A DNA stretch of 49,063 nt, the filler included, from Catajapyx aquilonaris (Eukaryota): assembly GCA_000934665.2 (NCBI GenBank). It is 2 parts of 2 records of this genome, joined end to end, with 100 filler letters (N's around TTAATTAATTAA, not from the genome) between each part and the next. Parts side by side here need not be neighbours in the genome. Positions count along the whole stretch, not along the records: positions 1 to 24,393 come from JYFJ02005522.1; 1 more part is not named here. One strand, 5' to 3'. Made by a program: the position numbers and the translations under genes. Shown here piece after piece: positions 1 to 15,100 of this stretch (within the stretch, counting starts at the first letter, position 1; each line of letters begins with the position of its first letter). Under the pieces are notes generated by a model. The model worked only from the letters and a program-made list of their open reading frames with translations, searched no databases and was not told where the DNA came from.

Positions 1-736
1 CCCCCCCGAAGAAATTTCCTGCCTATATGCCACGCCACTGCTACATATGGGTCGCCTTATGCAATATTAAATGGTTCAGTACGTATAGCGTACAGTACAG
101 CATATATACAGTATCAGAGCAATTAACATAGTGAGCTCTCTAACAATAAGTAGGCCACAGGTTAAAAGGTGAGAGAAAAACTGGTTCATAACGCGCAGGA
201 TATTCCTTATATTGTAAATTAAGACGATATCAAAACAAAAATTAATAAAATGACGGTGCTATTTTTTGTCCTATTTTGGTAGAGTACATCGCACTCATGA
301 GGACGTATGTGTTGTATCGGCTTCGAGAACGCAATTCAAAAGGCATATACGCATCCTAGCGCGCGCGCAATAGTAACCCCCTGTTGAGACCAAGTCGTAG
401 AAAAAGAATCATGTGATATGGTCGCCATGTTGGTTCCCCAAGGCCCATCCAGCAATCAGGAAGGGCGGACTTTCGGATGAAATAATCGATAGCCAATGAG
501 CATGAGTGTGGACCCAATATGTCGTCACCGCATGCGCAGACTGGCGGTGATATCTGGCACTGAGAGCATCGATGCACAAGTCTGTGACTGCATCAACATC
601 AAATTCTTCCGCAAACATACTTCCACTTATCAACATTATTAGGGTGTCAGTAAGTGCCAACTATTTCGCTGCAACTTGTTACACACTTGTTTTCCACATT
701 TCTGCAAAATTCCCGCAGCCCAAACGTCACGCAAGA

Positions 737-808
737 TATCGATACACTTAAGCTAATTAAACATTGTGCCACAAAATATCGATATGCGGAAAACATCGCG
801 TATCGATA
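737..808. promoter_or_regulatory. Cluster of three DRE motifs (TATCGATA) in the TOM1-like promoter
   Basis: Perfect palindromic TATCGATA at 737-744, 777-784 and 801-808, about 90-160 bp upstream of the ATG. DRE/DREF is an established housekeeping promoter element in insects. Confidence 0.7.
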
Positions 809-898
809 CCCTAATCACTAAGCAGGATGAATTGCTGTCTTGCAGGTTGAACTTTGGCAATGTCGGAAATACACCGCGCTGGCAGCCAGTCGGCCAAG

Positions 899-3800
899 AT
901 GTCGTCTTTCTTTGGAGGAAATCCATTCAGCACGCCCGTCGGACAACGAATAGGTGAGGAAGAGAACAAACGTGTCGTATATAAATCATGCCTGCATCCC
1001 AGGGCGTACTTCCTTCATGCCTGAAGGCGGAAGGGTGTCTGCATAAAAAAGGTGGGCTAGGCAGTGGAATACTAAGTTTGTGGCTGCACAGTCACTGGAG
1101 TGTAGCCGTGGATCTTATCTACGCGTTAAGTCGTTAGGCACCAGTGAGCGGGTTACATCAGAAGTCGGTGAGCCCACAATAACTTGCGTATAAGGTGCTA
1201 GAACTTTGGGTGGAGCAGTGCATGTAGGAGTGACAGGTAAGGTTTGGAGTTGCCAGGAGTACCAAGGGTTGCAGCGGTGGATAGCATGGAGGTTAGCAGC
1301 CGCATTCTTGGTGCAATCAGGCAGTGACCCCAACTTGTTATGCCGGTATTTATGGGAGATGATATCAGTGTGGTGTTCATCTCTAATGGTGCTGATGGTC
1401 GGGGTTATCAGTTATATTTTGATATGTAGTGGTGAAAAGTCTATGGTGGTGTGACTTGGTAAAGATAATGCAACCAATATGAGAGTGACAGGTGAATCTG
1501 ATGCTGTGCTGGGCTCCAAAAAAGACATAATTTTAGAGACTGCATTTGATTGTAGCTTGACCCCGTGGCTTTGAGAAAAAATGATTCATTTCTGCATGGA
1601 CATTATTTACCGTTTGATATTGAATAATGTGTTTGATGATGATAAAATTAAATAAAGGCATTATTGATGAAACAGGAGATTAGTAGTGACTTCACAATGG
1701 GCAACAATGGCTGTCAACAGGGGAACTAAATATTGAGAGCTTGCGACATCAGTACCATTTTCAGATTGAACGAATAATAAAAGAATGAGTCTCTCGAGAG
1801 AAATTTCACAATTACAGAATTATACAATACTGGGAGAACTGAACTATTATTAATAGTCATTCATAATTGCCTGAATTAATTATGCCTCACCCCTCAGAAA
1901 TAGGTTATAAGCGTTGGGAGTACTGTAGATTTGAGCAGGAGAATTTTATTTTCAATACTTGCTGGATTAATTTGGTTTTATATAATTTGTCATAAAAAAT
2001 GTGTTTTCTTAGAAAACAGTAGTGGGTGAGTCCATGCCAGCTGAGCCACAGGTCAATTATTTGATAGCTTGACCCTCTGGGATTTTGACTTACAAATATC
2101 CTGGCTGTTTATCTCAATGAGTGTGTGTCAAATACTACTACAGTATCAGATCTTTATGCAGAACAAAATGAAGATAGGCATAAATGAAAAGCATAATTAT
2201 GCCTCATGCACATTTTTAAATCGAGTAGCTAGTTTCATTTGATAGAAAGTAACATGTATCTACAGGATATATACCAGCATGCAGTATGCGAATCTAAATG
2301 TAATGTACGGTTGGTAAGTGAAGTGATCATGTTGGAGATCACTCATACTTATCTAGATTCTTCAACAGAATGTTTTGCATGCACTTTGATGCTTCACAGA
2401 CAAGAAAATGGCCGTGAAACTGTGAAGTTCAGTTAGGTCTGCACCATCAATTTTTATTTGTGATATGCACTACTCATTAGTAATTAACCTGCTGGGATAC
2501 CAAGAAAATGTGGCTTTGATCATACAGATACAGAAGCATCATTTTCTTACTAGTGGATTTTTTTGAATATCCCAGCCAACAAGTGTGGAACTGGACTCTC
2601 TCTTAATGTAGAGAACGTTGTGAAAACTTGACCTAAATGGGCAGGGGAACAGAAACATTGCTATAGGCAAGCATTTATAACTGATTGTCTGATACCATGT
2701 TGACTATTCTGATCGAATATGATCTCATCAATCCACCAATCTCCCCCCACAAGTTGACAAGCTGGCCAACATGTAGAGAACCCTGAGAGGTGTTATATGC
2801 CATATTGGTGCTGCAAGCCACAAAGTAAGAAATTACTGTTTAGGGAAAAAAATGACAATAATTGTCAACTTTGTGTCAACTACATGTGCCTGGTTTCCAC
2901 AGTGAGCATTTGGCATTTACAAGCCTGGCAGCTTGTGGCATTGGCAGGGGTGCAGTGTCAGCATGGATTCCATTATATCCACACATTATTGGCAAGAGGT
3001 GACATCTGCCCTGTTCTTTCTTTGAATAAACATCAGCCACATAATGCCAGTCATGTAGATCCAATAACAACTAGGTTTCTTCCCAAGTGGAGCAGCAGTC
3101 ACTGACATTCAGGAAATAGTCACTATGAAATTATTTTATTGATCCAAAATTCATTTATTGGTTCATTGACACCATGTACAGTACATGCAGTGAGTTAAAA
3201 AAAGGAAGAGGAACAAAAGGGCAAAAAATGACCATTATTAGCAGCAGCAGGAAATGAGGGTGAAGGGACAGGCGACAGGCTCACCAGGCGGAAACTCATG
3301 TGCTATACCATCTGATCCCTCATGCATGTCTGTTGAAGTAGACCAGGTGGAACCACTCTCTAACCACGTCACAACTGCTACACATTTTACTCTTAGGAAG
3401 AGGCTGTTTTACTGAGTCGGGGCCATTTGTAGTGGCTCTTCTAATTGGTTTGTGGTGAAGCTTTGATAACAGGGAAGACGTGTAACAAGCACCTCTATGC
3501 TAGGCCTAAATTGGAAATAGGCAGAATTTACATCAGTATACTTTTTGGATATAGTGCAGAATGGCAGCTGAGGTCTTAGGAGGCAAGATAGGTGGGCAGT
3601 GATAACATTTTGGCTGTGAAATACTGCTGGTGAAACATGGTGGGAGAAGAGACAATGGGACATGTGTTATTGTGTAACTTACTTATTTTCAGAGCAAGCA
3701 ACAGATGCTGCATTGGCTTCAGAGAATTGGGCCCTCAACATGGAAATATGTGACCTCATCAATGAGACGGAGGATGGGCCAAAGGATGCGTTGAAGGCTG

Positions 3801-6059
3801 TGCGAAAGAGGCTTCAGCAAAATGTGGGAAAGAACTACACTGTTGTTATGTACACATTAACGGTATGTTAAAGAAGGACTTTAGTTTTGTACAGGGTGGT
3901 TCATTAAGAAATGTACACTTCTTGTAGCAATTCTTCTTCAGCTGATTTTGTCGATTTTCATGTTACTTGTAACAGGTGAAAGTACCTTTTAAGCTTGTCA
4001 TTCCCTAGTTTGCGCATTCCAAATTTGAAGTGAAAAAACACAAGGCCGTCTTCTTCCTATCAACTCTGCATTATGCATGTTAGACTTGGAGCATGCATTT
4101 CTAGCATGAGACAGTATTAGGCCTTTTAATGCAATGATTGCTGGGGCTCATTGATATTTTAATAGTAAACATTTTAGAAAGGAAAAGCCATACCAGTAGG
4201 CTACTAATGCATATACAGTTGAATCCAGATATAACAGACTTCAAGGGATTGAGGAAATCAGTATGTTATGACTGAGGTATGTTATAGCCAAATGCACAGG
4301 CCATATATGGAAGTGTGGTGGGACCGGCCTTTTGAGTCTGTTATAGCCGAGGCTGTTATATCTGGATTCAACTGTAGATTGGAAGAGTAGAATTTTGGAC
4401 TCCATAATTTTCATGTCAGGCAACAAGCAGAAAGAGTTGCACAGATACATTCAACTACACAAAATAACGAATATTTTTTGCATAACTGGCGAATTTAACA
4501 AGCAAGTGAGCAGAATTTTTGCAATTAGTGTGCCTTCCTTGTTGGACCACTGCATATTTTTCTTGTTTGTTTAAGAACGTGCGTAATAATGGCTGTAGCT
4601 GTATTTTGATTTCTCCATGGTACATGGCACGCTGTGTGTTATTAAGGCCACTTTTGCAGTGAATGTAACCAAGATTTTCACTTTCTAGAACAAGACACGC
4701 ATGTCTTTGGTGGGAAAGTTTGCATACATGATATTTGTATTTTTTGTCTGGTTCATGACATGAACTGTTGATAAAAGTTGTTTTACAAGAGCTGTCAAAA
4801 AGTAATATACAAATGGGTGTAAAATTAAGCTGAAATGAACAACCACACCTCTATGCATAATTTGGAATAAATTATATCAATACTTGCAGAATAGTAATAG
4901 TAGTGTAGAATGTTTGTGCTTGGGTATGTGACAGAAGAACCATTGCTCATAGTGCCACAATGACAATTCCACATTATGCAGAAGCTTATACCTTTATCAG
5001 AAGAGCCCCCGCGCGACGTTAAATAGATTTGCTGTCATTTTCTGGTAATATGAACTTGTAGAGGCCCCACATCATTATAGTAATTGGAAACTCGAAATTT
5101 ATTTGTTAAGGTTCTTGCTAATTGACTTCGAAAATACACATTCATTTCATAACACATGTTATAAACCGGGGAGGTGTGGTGGCCGAGATGGTAATGTCTC
5201 AGCTTGCTGAGTGAAAGGTCCCACGTTTGATCCCCGCCTGGGAGTTCCCTTTCACCTGCATCGGGAGGGTCTTTGACCTGCACCAAGGAGGTGTCTGGCA
5301 ACCTATCCTCCTGGGGGACTGCACATGGCCCATTATTGAGACATTGCACCTGCACCATGTCCCCTCCCCGAAAATCCCTATCCTTACCCTACGTCCTCGA
5401 TTCCTTGCACCGGAGATTGAAGTTAATTCAGAAAAATGGAGCGAAATGGTGGTATACCACCCCCCCCTGAAAGGGCCCACGGCCTACGGGGTAAACAGCA
5501 AAAAAATAATAATAAATAAATAAATAAATAAATAAATAAAAATGTTACAAACCCAAGAGGACCCCAGACCGAAATGTTGGCGGGGGAGTTTGCCTACCCT
5601 TGACAGATCATTCAGATTTTTCCCCCGGCGAAAAGTAAGTCGCAGAATTTCGGGAATTTTTAAATGGTTTTCAGCTGCGCGTCCACTTACTGGGAAATAT
5701 GCTGCAGAAGCCATGTGTATTTAAATTCGTGCAGTAGGCATTTGTTTACAGTGAATGAGAACTTTGGCATATGATGTCATGCCATTTAAAATATCATGCG
5801 AGTGGCGTAAATACTCATGAACATAGAAACTAGAAGAATTACCTAAGGCTATGTTGAAAGAAATTTTCGTCGGGATTATACCAGTGAATTTGAAAAAAAT
5901 TATTTTGTTTGGTCGTATGATCATACGACCAACATGGCCGCGGGAGACAAAGGGATAACTTCAGAATCAATTTTAAAATATTGCATCAAAAAATTAAAGC
6001 TCATAATTTCTACATCTACATTTTTTGCTGGCACTTGTACCATTAGTCAAAATGGAGCC

Positions 6060-6127
<68 letters not shown>

Positions 6128-9100
6128 GGTAAGTGCTTTCACCCCCAGTGGGGGTATGTCACACAGAACCTTTATTGAACCATTATATACATGAAGCCAA
6201 TTTTATTATTTGAAGTGCCCTGGCCCACAGGCAGGATGACAGGAGGGGATGTGCAAAGTGCAGTGCAATGTCGTGGGTGAGGTCATTTTGTGAACTCCCC
6301 CGGGTGGTTAGTCTAAGCAGTCCCACCCTAGACGAAGCCAGAGACGGCCCAAACTCTGCACGAGATGAAGGGGGTGTCCCCGGGCTGGGATCGAACCCGG
6401 GACCTTAACACCTTTGGCACGTACTTTACCACAGCGCCACTTCGCCTCCCTAAATGGAGCCTAATGTTCTTATGTTGCTTCCAGGGTGTGTGTGATGGAT
6501 TAAGACATGTGCTAATTCTTTTCTACCACTAGTTCCTCAATATCAGAAATTCAGGCACATACTGGTAGTAATACAATATAATAATAATATTAATAATCGG
6601 GTGATAGGCGTACCCCTAGGGGTTTTCAGCCAGACCTTTATTTTAACGTTGGTACAACTTTGGGAATCCTATTAGGATGACAGGAGGGGATGTGCAAGTG
6701 CAGTGCCTTGTCTGAAATGTGGTCGTTTTGTGAGCTCCCCCGGGTGGATTAGTCTAAGGAAATTTCACCCGAGACGAAGTCAGAGACGACTCGTGAACTC
6801 TGCACGAGATGAAGGGATAGTAATGGGCAATTCCACGCGTTACGTACAGACAATCGGAAGCTGTATTGAGGTGTTTAGGAGTCCACCGCGGCTAGGTACT
6901 TGCCGTAATAGATTAACTGTTATGAAAATCAGATGCAGCGCAGAAATGTGAAGGTTAGGGACAGCATGGAAATTTCATTCGATGGCCATCCACGCGTGTG
7001 CGATTGTCTGAAATCTCGTTACGTACAATCCGTCATTGGACACCAGTTTCTGGGGTATATGCAACTAGGGGGAAACTCTGCGAAATTTGACAGCACAGGT
7101 TTCGAAGCTCAAGTGCATGTGGGGCAGTAGGGTGCGAGGAACCTCATCATGCCATTAGATTGGGAGAATTCTCATTTTGAACGTGAAAACATTTGAGATA
7201 TCCACCCGTTACGTACCACCTACAGCGATTTTAATACTGGGAGTAGTATAAATTTTTGGAGATTGGAATGTCTGTGAATTCATAATCTTATAATGGCTCC
7301 GCTGCACTGAAATAGGAACTAGGTCAGTTTTTGCCCTTTGGATACCTTTTGGTGTGGCTGTGGAAGGTCACACATTCATGAATACAGCAAAGTGATTGCA
7401 CAGGTCGATGTTGCATTTTGTGCCCTTGAATTATATGAAAACGTCTGTCTCTCTTCCTTTCACATATCGCTACAGCGAATAACCAGCTGGCAATGCGCAT
7501 TAGCCAAACGGATATCACAGAGCGCACGCTTAGATACTCTGGGAATAATACTGTGTTGTTGGGAATGATACTGTCACAAACTAACATGTCTAAGGAAACC
7601 ATGGTCCACATGCTATCGGTTTTAGTCACTCAGATTCCAACTGTGTCAAGATGTAAGAACCGCACCCTATGTCCCCTCTTTCCTGGAATTGCCCTAATAC
7701 AATAAAACTTCTATAAGTTGAATCTCCATGGGACCGGAAAAAAACTTCGAGTTAGAGACGTTTGGCTTTTTTTAAGCACATAACTCTATTAAGGAAGCCT
7801 ACCTTTATATCCAGCGATGAAAGGTGTTCAAAACATAAAAATAACTGTCATTATCACACTTACAATGTTCCTCGTTGTTTTGTTGTGAAAAAAACTATGT
7901 TATGGACATTTGCCTACTCTTAGATTCAAGGATTCGATTGTCACAATCGAGTCAAACACTTCTTTCGGTACGTCTGGTAGACGGATATCAGGAAATTGAG
8001 CCTTTCTGTACATGTGGCCTACTCTCAACCCTTCTGCTGGAAAATGAGACAATTCTCCGTACTCGCCAACATGAACTTCGACTTAGGGAGACTGAAAATG
8101 CATTGATATCCCATCGTAAGGCCCTGCCTGCACTTCGAGTTATGGAGAACTTCGAGTTATAGAAATTCGAGTTAGGGAAGTTTATTTCCTATTCTTTTAC
8201 ATTGGGACCAACCAAGCTCATCATTTTCTTCGACTAGAGAACTTCGACTTATAGAAATTTTACTGTATATATTTATTTGTATTATTGGATGGCCACCTCC
8301 TTAATTTAATACCCTTTTTTTGCCATACTGTAATATGAAAATAACCTTGCTACGTAGCCTAGGAACACAGAGTTTCATTTTATTGGGCAGTTTCTAGTGT
8401 ATGAAAACTAAATTTGAAACATTTTGTTTTAGGTATTAGAGACATGTGTGAAGAATTGCGGCAAGAGATTTCATATCTTAGCTTGCAGCAAAGAGTTTGT
8501 TCAAGAGTTAGTGAAACTGATAGGTGAGTTTTTGCATTTTCTTCATTTATTTTTATGGGATATTGGTGGGGGTAGTTGTCTCTTTCTTCAAGTAGTTGTG
8601 ATTTTTGCACATTTATGCTGACTGGAATTTATTGCCTTTGTTCAATTACATCCTACCTACAAAGTGTATGTAGATAAAATTGCTACAAACACTGGGCAAT
8701 AAATGGATGTGTGCAAGTACCATTCCCAAGGTTAATAACTGTCTGAAATAAGTTAAAGTAAATCACCCAGTACTGTGTTTTATGAGCATTGGTGCAGCAT
8801 GTGTATTCTTGTATCCATAGGATCCTGTAGGTCATCCCATGTTGCAAACTGTGTTTGACTTGATGTTATTAGGTCAGCCAAGCAGGTAGAAAGCTGAACT
8901 TGTGTTGGTATGTTTTTTCAGGTCCCAAAAATGATCCTCCAACTGCAGTCCAGGAAAAGGTGTTGAGCCTGATACAGAGTTGGGCTGATGCATTCCGCAC
9001 ACAACCAGATATGGTTGGAGTAGTCCAAGTGTACAATGATTTGAGGCAAAAGGGAATTGAGTTTCCTATGACAGATCTGGACACACTAGCACCAATCCAC

Positions 9101-12100
9101 ACACCAAGAAGGGTGAGGATGATGTATGCCATATTTGTCAATTATGCAACAGCACTGTCTATTTTCAGACTGTTCCCGAACCAGCTCCAGCACCTCCACC
9201 ACCACGTTCACCACAGCCCATGGTCACTCCTCCTGCTGGTCAGGCAGCTATCCTGAATCCGGAGCAACTTGCCAAACTGAGAAGTGAACTAGATGTGGTT
9301 CGAGGCAACATGAGTGTGCTTAGTGAAATGATGAGTGAACTAACGCCTGGGAAGGAGCACCCATCAGATTTGGAGTTGTTAACGGTCTGAAATAATGTTA
9401 CACTAGTAAGTTTATAGTTAGTGATCTAAATTATGTTGTTGGCTGTAAATACAGGAACTCCATGGGACCTGTCATGCAATGCAGCAGCGTTTGGTGGAAT
9501 TGGTGGAACGTGTAGCAAGTGATGAGGTGACAGCTGAGCTTCTACACCTTAATGATGAACTAAACAATCTATTCCTAAGGTATGTTGGGAAGAACTGAAA
9601 AAATGAATTGTCAGAGAAAGGATACATGTTGTATTCATCATAGGATGAGTAACTGTAAAAGCTACCGGTGTTTAGGGGGGGACTTGCATAAAAAGATGTT
9701 GATTTTGACCTCCCAATTTTGGTGTGGGCTGTTTCCTCCAAGCTGGTCAACATTTCTTATCTAAATACTTGTACAACTGGACTGTTCTTGAGTTTTAAAT
9801 GCAATTAATTTTGATTGGTGGTGTAGTTAGTGTGGGATGTCCCTTGCAAGAGAGTCGATAATGGAGTGTCTCAGGATTTAGTGAGCTGCCTACACTACAC
9901 TGACAGGTTGGCTGGAAAAGTTGTTGATTATAGAATGGTGTTTTTGTTCAAATAATACTTGCACTGTCAGGCAGTGGCACCATACAAAATAATGTTAGTG
10001 TAGGTTCTGAGGGATGTTTAAATTTGAGTGAAAAAAGGAAAAAAATATGCCAAAGATGACCTAAAGTGACCTTGGTTGAGTCAGCAACCTGAAGTCCACA
10101 GAGAAAGTCATGGTTATGCTGTGACCTAAAGTGGCATTGCCGTGTTGCTCATCCCAAGACATGAGGTGGAAATTTTACCCATGGACTTGCACTTTCATCT
10201 CTGACTGTGTTTTGATAGCATGAGAAGGAACAAAGTAACAACACAACTTGCAGAACTGGCAAGGAAATAGTGAATATTAAATTAATCATTTCTGAACCAA
10301 GTGAATTATATAATTTTAGTTTCCATTATGTGAAACAGGGACTGACAGCAGCATATTTACTTCTATTGATGGAAGTAAAAATTTAGCTTCGTAGGGTGGT
10401 CCAGACACAGATGAACAACTTGGAAGAGCATTATGGTCATTAGTGCCATGTGTGCAAAATTAAATACGTTGACCTGAGGCAAAATTGTGTAGTAAAGCAT
10501 TAATATGAATGCACAATCGTGAATGAAATGTGATTTGTATGACCAGTATAAAATGCAAATGCATAAGTCCATTTTTAAGCAGTAGTAAATTATTTTGCAG
10601 GTATGGACGCTATGAGCGAAACCGTGATATGTCACAGCAGCCATCACCATCCAAGTCCAATTCTGCAGCCCAAGAAGAAACTGCTGCTTTAATTGACCTA
10701 GGGGAAGACATGCCATCAGCCGGTGCTCAAAAAACCGCAGACGTAACCAGCCAGCTAACGAACATGAGTATGTTATCTAGTTTGTCTTATTATATATTTA
10801 TATCACACATTAATATGAAACATGAATGTATTTGCAATGTCAGCATCTTATGAAGGAGCTTTGATTCAAATTCAGATGTACAGTACAGTTGTGAGATTGA
10901 AACCATTGCAAGTAATATTAAATACTATGTGTTCTGACATGTCTGTGGTGGTCAGAAATTTTTTGGTGCTAAGCTGCATATTTTCAAGCAATTGTTTTGA
11001 ATAGTTACTTGTAGTGATTCAGTAGCACTACTTGGTAATATTAGGTTTTGTTACCCCATATCCTTTTTGAGGCCTACAAAGTGGGGTCTGGCCTGTGCAC
11101 AATGGGTTCTATGATTGACATAAGATGCCAATTGTTCCAGTGGATAATTCCCAATTGGATATTCATTGCAATTTATAGCTTGGATAAATGATTCAGTTCC
11201 ATCTAATATGAACAACGGAAATTTTGATAACCACTGAAAGTAACCAGATATGTTGGAAATGTTTTTGCTATGCCCATATATTTGTATGTTGTTCTTATGA
11301 TGAAAAATGCGTGACTACATTGGCCACTGTGCACTTGGTAAAAGCATACATACAGTATAAAGGTTCAAAGAGTGATTAGAGATTAGTCCATAACAGAATT
11401 TATAGATCTGCATATTGCAGGATCTTTCTGAGAATGAGGCATCTGTGGGGGAGCCTCAAGGTTTTCCTAGCTGAGTAGTAGTGCAAAGTTTATGGGAAAG
11501 AGTGACAACACAAAACCAAATAAATATAATTACACGAGGTTATCGGCTGAATGAACGCAGCAAAGGGGACCCCATTTTTATTGGTTTTCACTTTATTCTG
11601 AATAGCATAATAATTATAACAAGTTATGATGGGCAAAATGGTTTAAACTATTGGAATAATTCATAGAATATCTCTTGTTTGTCCAGTGTTTGTGGTTGGA
11701 AGATTTAGAAACCTGTGTATCAGTTGGACTGGGTCACCACTCACATAATATTTTCACATTTTTTTAATTGCCAGGTTTAGGGGCAGTACCTGTGACCAGT
11801 ACCAATGCCACAACTGCTTCTACCAATTCTAAAGTACAGAATGAGAGTGATGACTCAGAGTTTGATATGTTTGCCCAATCCCGAAAAGTCAGCTACGAAG
11901 CTAGCAAGAAGGGGTGAGTGATCTTCCATGTAGTGCATAAACTGTGTTGACTGTGCAAGGTGCATTTTATCTACCTGGAATGTTTAACTGAATAATTTCA
12001 GATATACTGGATGATTCTTACTACCCAAATCCCATAAAGTGGAGGGGTGGGGTAGTACACTAAATGTGATAAAAAATCTCCCTTAAAGGGACACTCCACT

Positions 12101-15100
12101 CAAAATACAAGTTGGCCCCCAAAAATCGGGCAAAAAATCCTGATTCCGAATGTGCAATCGGTTTTTTTCTACGCCCAACGGTAACACGGAAAATCACGGA
12201 AAATCATATATCTACACACGTCGTCTGCTAAGAAGGGCGATTCAACACCATCCCGCGGCAAACTGGAGAAGTGTAGTGCGCACAGTCCGCACAGTAAACA
12301 CCTGCCGCGCCAGGCGTGCCCATGGAGTGCCTGGTCTAGTTCCGCCCGGTTCCACTCTGGTGGCGTCGCCACCTGCGCCCACCGCCCCGCGCGCGGTTTT
12401 CGAACGACGCACTTCCAGCTTTCACACTGGCCTTACCGTTCGTCTCTAAGAAAACTGCTTATACCCTCGGAATCAGGATTTTTTGCCCGATTTTTAGAAC
12501 TCAACTTGTATTTTGAGTGGAGTGTCCCTTTAAGATTATCTGGACTTCAGAATTGATAATTATGAAGAGTAACAATGGACCTAGAATGGCACCAAAGTGA
12601 AAGTTAATTTTACTGTTAACAACTGAAATATGATTACACTTTGGACAGTGAATTGCTGTTGGGTCTGGTAATAATTGCTGTCACTACATTAATTTGTTAC
12701 ATAGCAGGACATTTATTTTAATAATGAACCTGAGGGGACACACAAGCCTGAAGACAGCATTAAAATTAATTACAAGAAATACACCACGGAATTTTAAAAT
12801 GTTTATCACATCTTGGAGATGTCTCATTTTCTGTGCATTTTTGAATGCAGGGATTTTAAAAGCCATTTCAATTGAAATTTTTTATCGTAGCACGTTGCGC
12901 TGAGGTCTAAATACAAAATGTCATCACATTTTAATTTATTAATAAGTAACAATGTTAAATGTAGTTCAGCAAAGTGTAGCAATTTCTGAAAATGTACACG
13001 AGTTATAAACATTTTTATCATATTTGGAATTAATTAAATATTTGTAATTAATTTCAATGCAGTTTTTGGGTTTGTGTGGCCCCTCAGGTTCATCATTAAA
13101 ATTAATGTCCTGCTACGTAACAAATTAATGTAGTGATGGCAGTTATTACCATTCCCCACAGAAATTCACTGTCCAAAGTGTAATCATATTTGTTTCTGTT
13201 GTTAACTGTCCAATTAACTTTAACTTTGGTGCCATCCTAGCTCCATTGTTACTCTTCATAATTATCAATTCTAAAGTCCAGATAATCTTAAGGAAGAGTC
13301 GACCTATATCCCAATAAAAGCTGGCGCGGGGATAAGACTCTGTGATGACATTTGTGATTGGTGTAATTTAAACTGTTCTTTCGATTTATTCCATATGCTT
13401 TTTGAGTGTTTCATATTTAATACGCCATGCTCTACATACCTTCATTCCTTTCCTCGTTTTCCTCCGGACCAACTTTCTTCTTTCTTTATGACTGTATCTA
13501 AACAACAAATCTTTCAAATTCACCAATATCTGTCAAATGTTTATAAGCGTATGGTACACTGTACTGATAACCCACCTCTTATTGACTGTTTATAGTCGTA
13601 CGTTATCCTTTTTTGTGTATATTTTGTAAGTGTGTTTGTATGTGTGTGTCCCCCAAAAGGGCCTACGGCCCTAAGAACGGGGAAGAAAAAAATAATCTTA
13701 AGGGAGATTTTTTATCACATTTTGTTTACTACCCCACCCCTCCACTTCTTTGGTGCGCGCGTAAACTACGGGATTTGGGTACGGTAGTAGGTCCACTGGC
13801 AGACAGAATACTCTTTGGCCCAAAACAAGTCATGAAAATAGAGTGGGGAGAAATGTTGAGAGGTCAACCGGTAATGAGCTACATGACCAGACACACTGGC
13901 CTGCCCCTAAACACACATGGCAATGCACACGACACCTTACACAGAGATCCCCCTTACACAGAGATCCCCGACAGCGACAGGTGAACCCTTGTATCATCAG
14001 TCCAGAAAGAATTGTCCCTCGCGTCGAGCGGGCAGCCACGCGTCAGGATGAAAGCAACCAGTTAACTGGTTCCTTTCATCCTGACGCTTGGCTGCCCGCT
14101 CGACGCGAGGGACAATTCTTTTTGAACTGTTGATACCTACAGTGGTTGCCTAGGGACAGGATATGAGCGTGATAATTGCTAGTGAGAGTATTTTGTGAGT
14201 GAGATTGCCTCTTTCACAGTCATGATTATCATGCTCATGTCCTGCTCCATAGGCAACTATTGTGAGGGGAGACGGAGTGGCTCCGCGGTAACGCGCGCGC
14301 CCACGGAAGTTAAGGTCCCGGGTTCAATCCCCACCCGGGGATCCCACCTTCTTTCGTGCAGAGTTGGGCCATCTCTGGCTTCGTTTCGGGTGGCAATTTC
14401 CGATAGACTAAGCCACCCGGGGGAGTTCACAAAATGACCACTACTCGACAGCGCACACGCACTTTGCACATCCCCTCCTAATTACCTTGGAGCATACTAA
14501 CAAGATTAAATCTTGACTCGCTCCAAAAATAATCCCGATGGTGGTAATCCACCCCCCATATATGTGTAGATATGGGGTAATGCAAAAAAAAGAAAAAAAA
14601 GGCAACTATTGTAAGTTGAATGGATCCATTTATCAGGCAATCTCCCTGCAGAAAGGTGTTGCGTGTTTTGACACATGTGTCTAGGGGTAGGCGAATATGT
14701 CGGGTCATCTACCTCGTTGCCGGTTGGTCCCTTGACATTTCTTCCCACTACATTCTCGACTTGTTTTGGGACAACAAGTACGCTTCCTGCGGGTGGACCT
14801 ACTAGTACGAAACACCCTGTACATGCAGACAGTGTTGTGGAACAATTACATTGGAATGTGTCATTTTGGAAATGATAATGAGTCACTTTGATTAGGAAGT
14901 AATAAATGGAGAGAACATTACAACAAATTCTGCCCAGACAGAAAAGTAGCAGCCAATTTGTCAGCCAGGATACAGTGATTTGTTTGCAGTTACTGCATGC
15001 GCACACACTCTTACCAAGCAGCTAATTTGAATTGGTTAACCAGTCTAAAAATATGCTATTGTACATTGCTGGACTACTGAAAAAATGCAATGTCTGGCAC

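Larger units (their letters stand above)
12017..13782. mobile_element. Long-TIR foldback element (arms about 320 bp) with an insertion in each arm
   Basis: 12017-12086 plus 12534-12775 is the reverse complement of about 13040-13293 plus 13704-13782. Confidence 0.7.
13785..14810. mobile_element. Degenerate long-TIR foldback element carrying a hairpin MITE and a SINE
   Basis: About 13785-13965 is the imperfect reverse complement of about 14638-14808; a related foldback lies at about 18120-18553. Confidence 0.55.

Noticed and set aside
356..660. Minus-strand ORFs upstream of the TOM1 promoter as a divergent gene
   Set aside because: No recognisable protein motif and no clear splice donor; cannot be supported from sequence alone.
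1100..1900. Possible decayed LINE in TOM1 intron 1
   Set aside because: Composition is suggestive, but I could not read a convincing motif, tail or TSD.
8088..8260. CRISPR-like array of TTCGAGTTA repeats
   Set aside because: Short, irregularly spaced subterminal repeats of a MITE in eukaryotic DNA; no cas genes.
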